A stretch of 64,000 nucleotides of DNA, from positions 128,001 to 192,000 of the forward strand of contig CAVYHV010000008.1 in the NCBI GenBank assembly GCA_963768425.1, given 5' to 3'. The notes beneath the pieces were generated by a model, which saw only the letters and a program-made list of their open reading frames with translations, was not told the DNA's origin and searched no databases. Of the stretch, positions 60,185 through 64,000 are shown piece by piece (positions within the stretch are counted from its first letter, which is position 1; each line of letters starts with the position of its first letter). A program made the translations under genes and the position numbers. Source of the DNA: Candidatus Bathyarchaeota archaeon (lineage in GTDB: Archaea > Thermoproteota > Bathyarchaeia > Bathyarchaeales > Bathycorpusculaceae).

Positions 60185-60738
60185 CTCTTGATGTCCAACA
60201 GATAATTGATTATTGTTATGCACGAAGCAGCCAAGTAAGGTTGTTTGCCTAAACTAATTTTTTCGCCAAACCTAAGTGCAAACCTTTCCACATTTCTAGG
60301 CAATCCAACATGGTCGCCGAGCACAAAAACTGCGTCGTCAGCAAGATCCACCTCAGCCACGTTTTTTCCGCCCTCTTCTAAAACGTACACTTGATGCGTT
60401 TGGGCTTTGCCTTTAAGCAAAGCTTCAAAGCTTGTCTTGTCTACGCTGATGCCCGGATGCGATTTGCCAGCAATCACCTTTCTTAGGATCTGCTGCCATG
60501 TATCCACGTCCGTGCGAACATCATACAGTTTTTCCCCGTCAATTTCTATGTGCAGCGGAGGCTTCGGGGGACCATTCAGTATGGCATGGAAGGATACGTC
60601 TCTGCGTATTCCGTGAGAGAGGAAAAGACTCGTTACTATGCATTCGTATGCGATGTCTAAGCGTCCTGCGTCGTGGAGATTATGGAATGATGCATCTGTG
60701 TTTCCTAAACGCGAGAACATTATAAATTGTCTTGGCAA
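60181..60738 (-). CDS. trmY: tRNA (pseudouridine54-N1)-methyltransferase (SPOUT)
   Basis: AGRLDI, LFLSHGIRRDV, L.GPP.PP, FVLGDHVG, ISLG..YLAASCI. Confidence 0.92.
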   Translation of the reverse strand: MPRQFIMFSRLGNTDASFHNLHDAGRLDIAYECIVTSLFLSHGIRRDVSFHAILNGPPKPPLHIEIDGEKLYDVRTDVDTWQQILRKVIAGKSHPGISVDKTSFEALLKGKAQTHQVYVLEEGGKNVAEVDLADDAVFVLGDHVGLPRNVERFALRFGEKISLGKQPYLAASCITIINYLLDIKS

Positions 60739-61003
60739 TCCTCTTCACGTTTATTGTTATGTAAACTTTGCTTTAAAGTACTTCCCAACCAATACATGAG
60801 GAAAATCTATTGGGTTTAGACAATCAGATGCGAATTAGTCACTCAAGGGTTGCCAAAAACGATTTTCTTGCCGTCGCAGGCTCACGATGCTTGTGGCTTT
60901 CAACACGATTAAAGTTAAATATGTTATTTGTTCACTGCCGAGTGAGGCAAAAGGGGTAATTGCGTAACTTGAAAACTTTGCAAGCTAAGGCCGTGCAACT
61001 TGA

Positions 61004-61408
61004 CTATATTAGAACTCTTTTTAGAATTCCCGAATGATCAATGTTCTTTTCCATGAACACGCTTATCTTGTTCTCCCCTACATTCACAAAAAGAACTTTA
61101 AGGCTTTTCCCCTCAACCAAAGCACTTTCAATTGCGGCTACGCCTAATTGTTTTGCAATTTCCAAACACGACTCACACAGTTGATAAGATAAGAAGGCAA
61201 ATTGGGTTATCTTGTCTCCTCCATCCAAGTCAAACACTGCTGAACTGTTTCCTCTAATGATGTAGCCTAAAACTCCATTCATCTTACGAATTTCAACTAA
61301 ACTAGCTCCTAAACTTGCGAAAGCTGGGTCGTCAGTGTCCGAAGATGAAATGACTGCAACGTTGGTCAATGATGTTTCTGTCTGGGTCGGGCTTGATTTT
61401 GAGCTCAT
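61004..61408 (-). CDS. Roadblock/LC7 (MglB-like) domain protein
   Basis: LVEIRKMNGVLGYII, ESALVEGKSLKVLFVNVGENKISVFM; GGAGG SD before ATG 61408. Confidence 0.7.
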   Translation of the reverse strand: MSSKSSPTQTETSLTNVAVISSSDTDDPAFASLGASLVEIRKMNGVLGYIIRGNSSAVFDLDGGDKITQFAFLSYQLCESCLEIAKQLGVAAIESALVEGKSLKVLFVNVGENKISVFMEKNIDHSGILKRVLI

Positions 61409-62266
61409 CTTTTTTCCTCCCACTCCGCTGGAATAACTGGTTTAACTATTACAAGCTTGCCTTCGACTAATCGCAACGTCTGCAGGATCCTTTCAGGAAT
61501 CTGTATTATCCCTTTAGCTTTGCTATCTGCTTCTCTCACTGGTCTAAACTTGCATCTTACTGATCTACCCTCTAAAGTTTCAACGTTAACCTGGGAAATT
61601 TCCCGATCGCCGTAAAGGTCAACCCACTTAGCTACGATGTCTGCGTCAACCCGTACCATATCTGAAGCAACGAGTAAACCTGCAATTTTCTCTACCATAA
61701 ACTGGTTTACTGGCGGCTTTGGAAAATTTTGCTCTGAAAGCATCCGATGCGGATTTGAAATTTTGCTGTTCTGTGTGTTTGGGCTGTTCTGTGTGTTTGG
61801 GCTCTTCCGGCGGCTTAGTTGTTTCTTTCTCCTTTTCGGCTTCGGAGTTAGGAGGGTCCGTTGGCTCGTTTTCAAGTTCAGAAGGCTCTATTTGATCCAT
61901 CAATTTGATGATGGTTGGTAAAACGACGAAAGTTAATGCTTTAACTCTTTTTTCGTCTGCCATACGGGAAGAAACCGTGGCCAAGTAACGACCGTTAGTT
62001 GTTGTAACATTTATTTGGCTGTTAACGCCTTGGATGGTTAAGTTTTCAACGCCTCCAATAACCTCTGAATGATTTGCTATTTCGTCGAAGGCAGCGGCCA
62101 AATTTTTGGCGCGATCTTTAGCGAGGTCGTTTTCGTTGCATGCTAAGATTTCGCCGTCTTCTTTGAAAATGACTGCTTTGGTTGTCTCCGGACTGATGTT
62201 TCTGAATTCACCTAAGATTGTTTGCAGCGGGGTCGAAGAAGAATTTGGAGAAGAGACTTCGGTCAC
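61405..62266 (-). CDS. Roadblock/LC7 domain + Pro/Glu linker + double-psi-beta-barrel-like C-terminal domain (frameshift in the linker near 61720-61760)
   Basis: AVIFKEDGEILA, GGVENLTIQG...YLATVS; second frame VRVD...GIIQIPERILQTLRLVEGKLVIVKPV. Confidence 0.65.
61765..61800. repeat. 18-bp tandem duplication (encodes PKHTEQ x2 in the linker)
   Basis: gctgttctgtgtgtttgg repeated twice. Confidence 0.9.
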
Positions 62267-62288
62267 CTTTTGCTGCCAGCTAACAAGA

Positions 62289-62714
62289 TTATGTTATTTT
62301 GAAGAGGATTCGCTCTGGGATGCCTTCGTCCTGTAGCACAAGGTACCTAAGACCTTCAGTGTCTCCAAGTTGATCCAGCCACTTTAACGCTTCACGAACC
62401 TTCTGCAACACTAAGAGTCGCTCCTGGTAGCTGCGCACGACTGCTTCTATGGCGGTTAACTCGTGGAACGCGTTTGCGTCTAGGACGATGTTTAGAGTGC
62501 CGACTGTGATTTCGCTTGGGTTTTCCGTCGATGCTTTCTTTCCAGCTAACTTCATCACGACTTCGCGGACTTTCTTTGACTTCTCCGCTAACGTGCGTAT
62601 CTCATCCAATCGACGCAGGTACTCGCCCAAGACGCTCTTGGTTTCAGACAATTCCTTGTCTAGAGCATCTGCTATTGCTTGAGCTGAATTATATTCTTGT
62701 ATTTGGGTTACCAT
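62289..62714 (-). CDS. Coiled-coil hypothetical protein (helix-hairpin-helix, prefoldin-like layout)
   Basis: GGAGGT SD; two long amphipathic helices flanking ITVGTLNIVL. Confidence 0.75.
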   Translation of the reverse strand: MVTQIQEYNSAQAIADALDKELSETKSVLGEYLRRLDEIRTLAEKSKKVREVVMKLAGKKASTENPSEITVGTLNIVLDANAFHELTAIEAVVRSYQERLLVLQKVREALKWLDQLGDTEGLRYLVLQDEGIPERILFKIT

Positions 62715-62810
62715 GTTTTTTTACCTCCAAACGAGGAAACAAAAGAGAAAGGAAAAAAGTGGTGATGCAATTTCACCTTACCCCCGAATTTCAAACTAAA
62801 TTTTGTGTGC

Positions 62811-63292
62811 TTATGGTCCATTGTATGAGGCGGAGCTTGTCAATGTGTTGCCTTTTGAGGTCATCAGCGTTATTGTGTATTGGGCGCTGTTACTGAAGGT
62901 CTCTGCGGCTGTAGTGATAGTTACGTCTACTGAAGTTCCTTTAGCAATTGGAATCTGGCCCTTGTTCAGAAGTATTTGTTGCTGGTAGTGCCGCTGAGAT
63001 ATCCGCTGACTAGTGTTCCGGTGTTTCCATCTATAGTCGCCGATGATATAGTCACTGCGGCGGAACCAGTGTTTTGAATGGTAACGACGGCTTGACCGCT
63101 AGTGCCGGTGGGGTCGGATAGTACGACGTTTGTTATTTTTGCTTGTTCAGAGTTTCCCATGAATCCGATGGTTAATGCTCCCATCCATGCTGCTACGACG
63201 ACGCTGACTGCGACTGTGACGGCGATGAGTATGATTGTTGCGATTACGGGGCTTAGTGCTTTTGCGCTTTTCCTAAATTTCCTGAAATTCAA
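62811..63292 (-). CDS. Archaeal type IV pilin (class III signal peptide), frameshift near 62975
   Basis: RKSAKA/LSPVIATIILIAVTVAVS, VTIQNTGS; the shifted frame ends YTITLMTSKGNTLTSSASYNGP*. Confidence 0.88.
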
Positions 63293-63509
63293 TTTGTTTC
63301 TTTACCCTCCTTTGGGTTACTGAATATACGTTCCACTTTTTGCATTAATAAATATTATGACTTAATACATCATATTATTGACTTGTTAGACACAACTACA
63401 GCCACAATCTAATCAATTCTCAAATCCCATCAAAATGCAAGTCTATTCGTCCACAACTGGAACTGAAAAAAGATTAAGAGCTAAAGTAAAAAACTCTAAG
63501 AATATAGAA

Positions 63510-63842
63510 TTAAGCTTCAAGTTCACCGAATAATCCGAAGAGAAGCTTCGCAACTTTTTCGCCGAGTTCAGTTTTCAAGTAGTACTTCTTGAGCGGATCG
63601 ATTCGTTCGCTCTTCGCTAAGCCCAACGATTCAATTTCGATCATTCTTGCCCTGAACGTGCCGTCGCTCAGCGTCAGCTTGTTCTTATGCATAAAGTCTT
63701 TGGCTTCCTTCCATTTGCCGCGGCCTGCGTAAAGCAGCAGCAGGCAGTCGATTGCGTGATCTTTTTCAAGCATGGCTTTGATCGCGGACAGTTTAGGGTC
63801 AGTAAGAATATGCTTAATCTTCTCGTCCTCATTTTTTGCCAT
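63510..63842 (-). CDS. Winged-helix (HxlR/ArsR-like) transcriptional regulator
   Basis: LSDGTFRARMIEIESLGLA...YYLKTELGEKVA. Confidence 0.7.
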   Translation of the reverse strand: MAKNEDEKIKHILTDPKLSAIKAMLEKDHAIDCLLLLYAGRGKWKEAKDFMHKNKLTLSDGTFRARMIEIESLGLAKSERIDPLKKYYLKTELGEKVAKLLFGLFGELEA

Positions 63843-64000
63843 TTTTTTAATACACCTTTTTATCCTTTCATTTGTTATTAAACCAAAAGTTAGCGTCTTA
63901 TGCTTTTAAACCATATTGCGAATCGTGAAACATATCTGCAGACGCCTTCCTTCCGAAATCAACTATAACTAGCAACTTGCTTATAAATTGTTACTGAGCA

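Noticed and set aside
62811-63292. Archaellin
   Set aside because: The N-terminus is the pilin-type (KA/LSPVIATIILIA), not the archaellin G.xGIGTLIVFIAM pattern, and no arl genes are nearby.
223-63881. Many antisense or nested ORFs in the six-frame track (e.g. 11531-12106, 30482-30952, 53629-54063)
   Set aside because: They are shadows of well-identified genes and have no recognisable motifs.
1-64000. CRISPR arrays, rRNA, tRNA, IS/transposase or integrase genes
   Set aside because: No regularly spaced repeats, rRNA/tRNA signatures or recombinase motifs were found by eye.

Overview
Archaeal chromosomal window, most likely Bathyarchaeia (TACK). This is inferred from the archaeal information genes, H4MPT dehydrogenases, the archaeal-type mevalonate pathway and the eno-rps2-MEMO-mvk...ipk-fni-idsA-gltX synteny. 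It is mostly housekeeping: adk, archease, M42 peptidase, a complete diaminopimelate lysine operon, ribosomal proteins (L24e, S28e, L7Ae, L40e, S2, S8e), Gar1-TFB, Alba-NusA2-AspRS, enolase, isoprenoid/lipid genes, GluRS, SRP19, Smc-ScpAB, aIF5B, Topo VI, ABCE1, ThiL and TrmY. At least 12 genes, several of them essential, carry small indel frameshifts. These are best explained as long-read assembly errors. I found no rRNA, tRNA, CRISPR array or transposase. Best leads: (i) an F420-dependent Mtd next to an NAD(P)-type MtdB that carries a TraB/ChaN-like N-terminal domain, with repeated TATATAC boxes upstream; (ii) a fluoride riboswitch with a visible RBS-sequestering hairpin; (iii) an unannotated 22-aa Glu/Trp microprotein gene with its own promoter, SD and terminator, upstream of ABCE1; (iv) a wHTH / type IV pilin / coiled-coil / two-roadblock gene cluster; (v) a zinc-ribbon insertion in Top6B; (vi) a roughly 5 kb accessory block that splits the mevalonate gene cluster.
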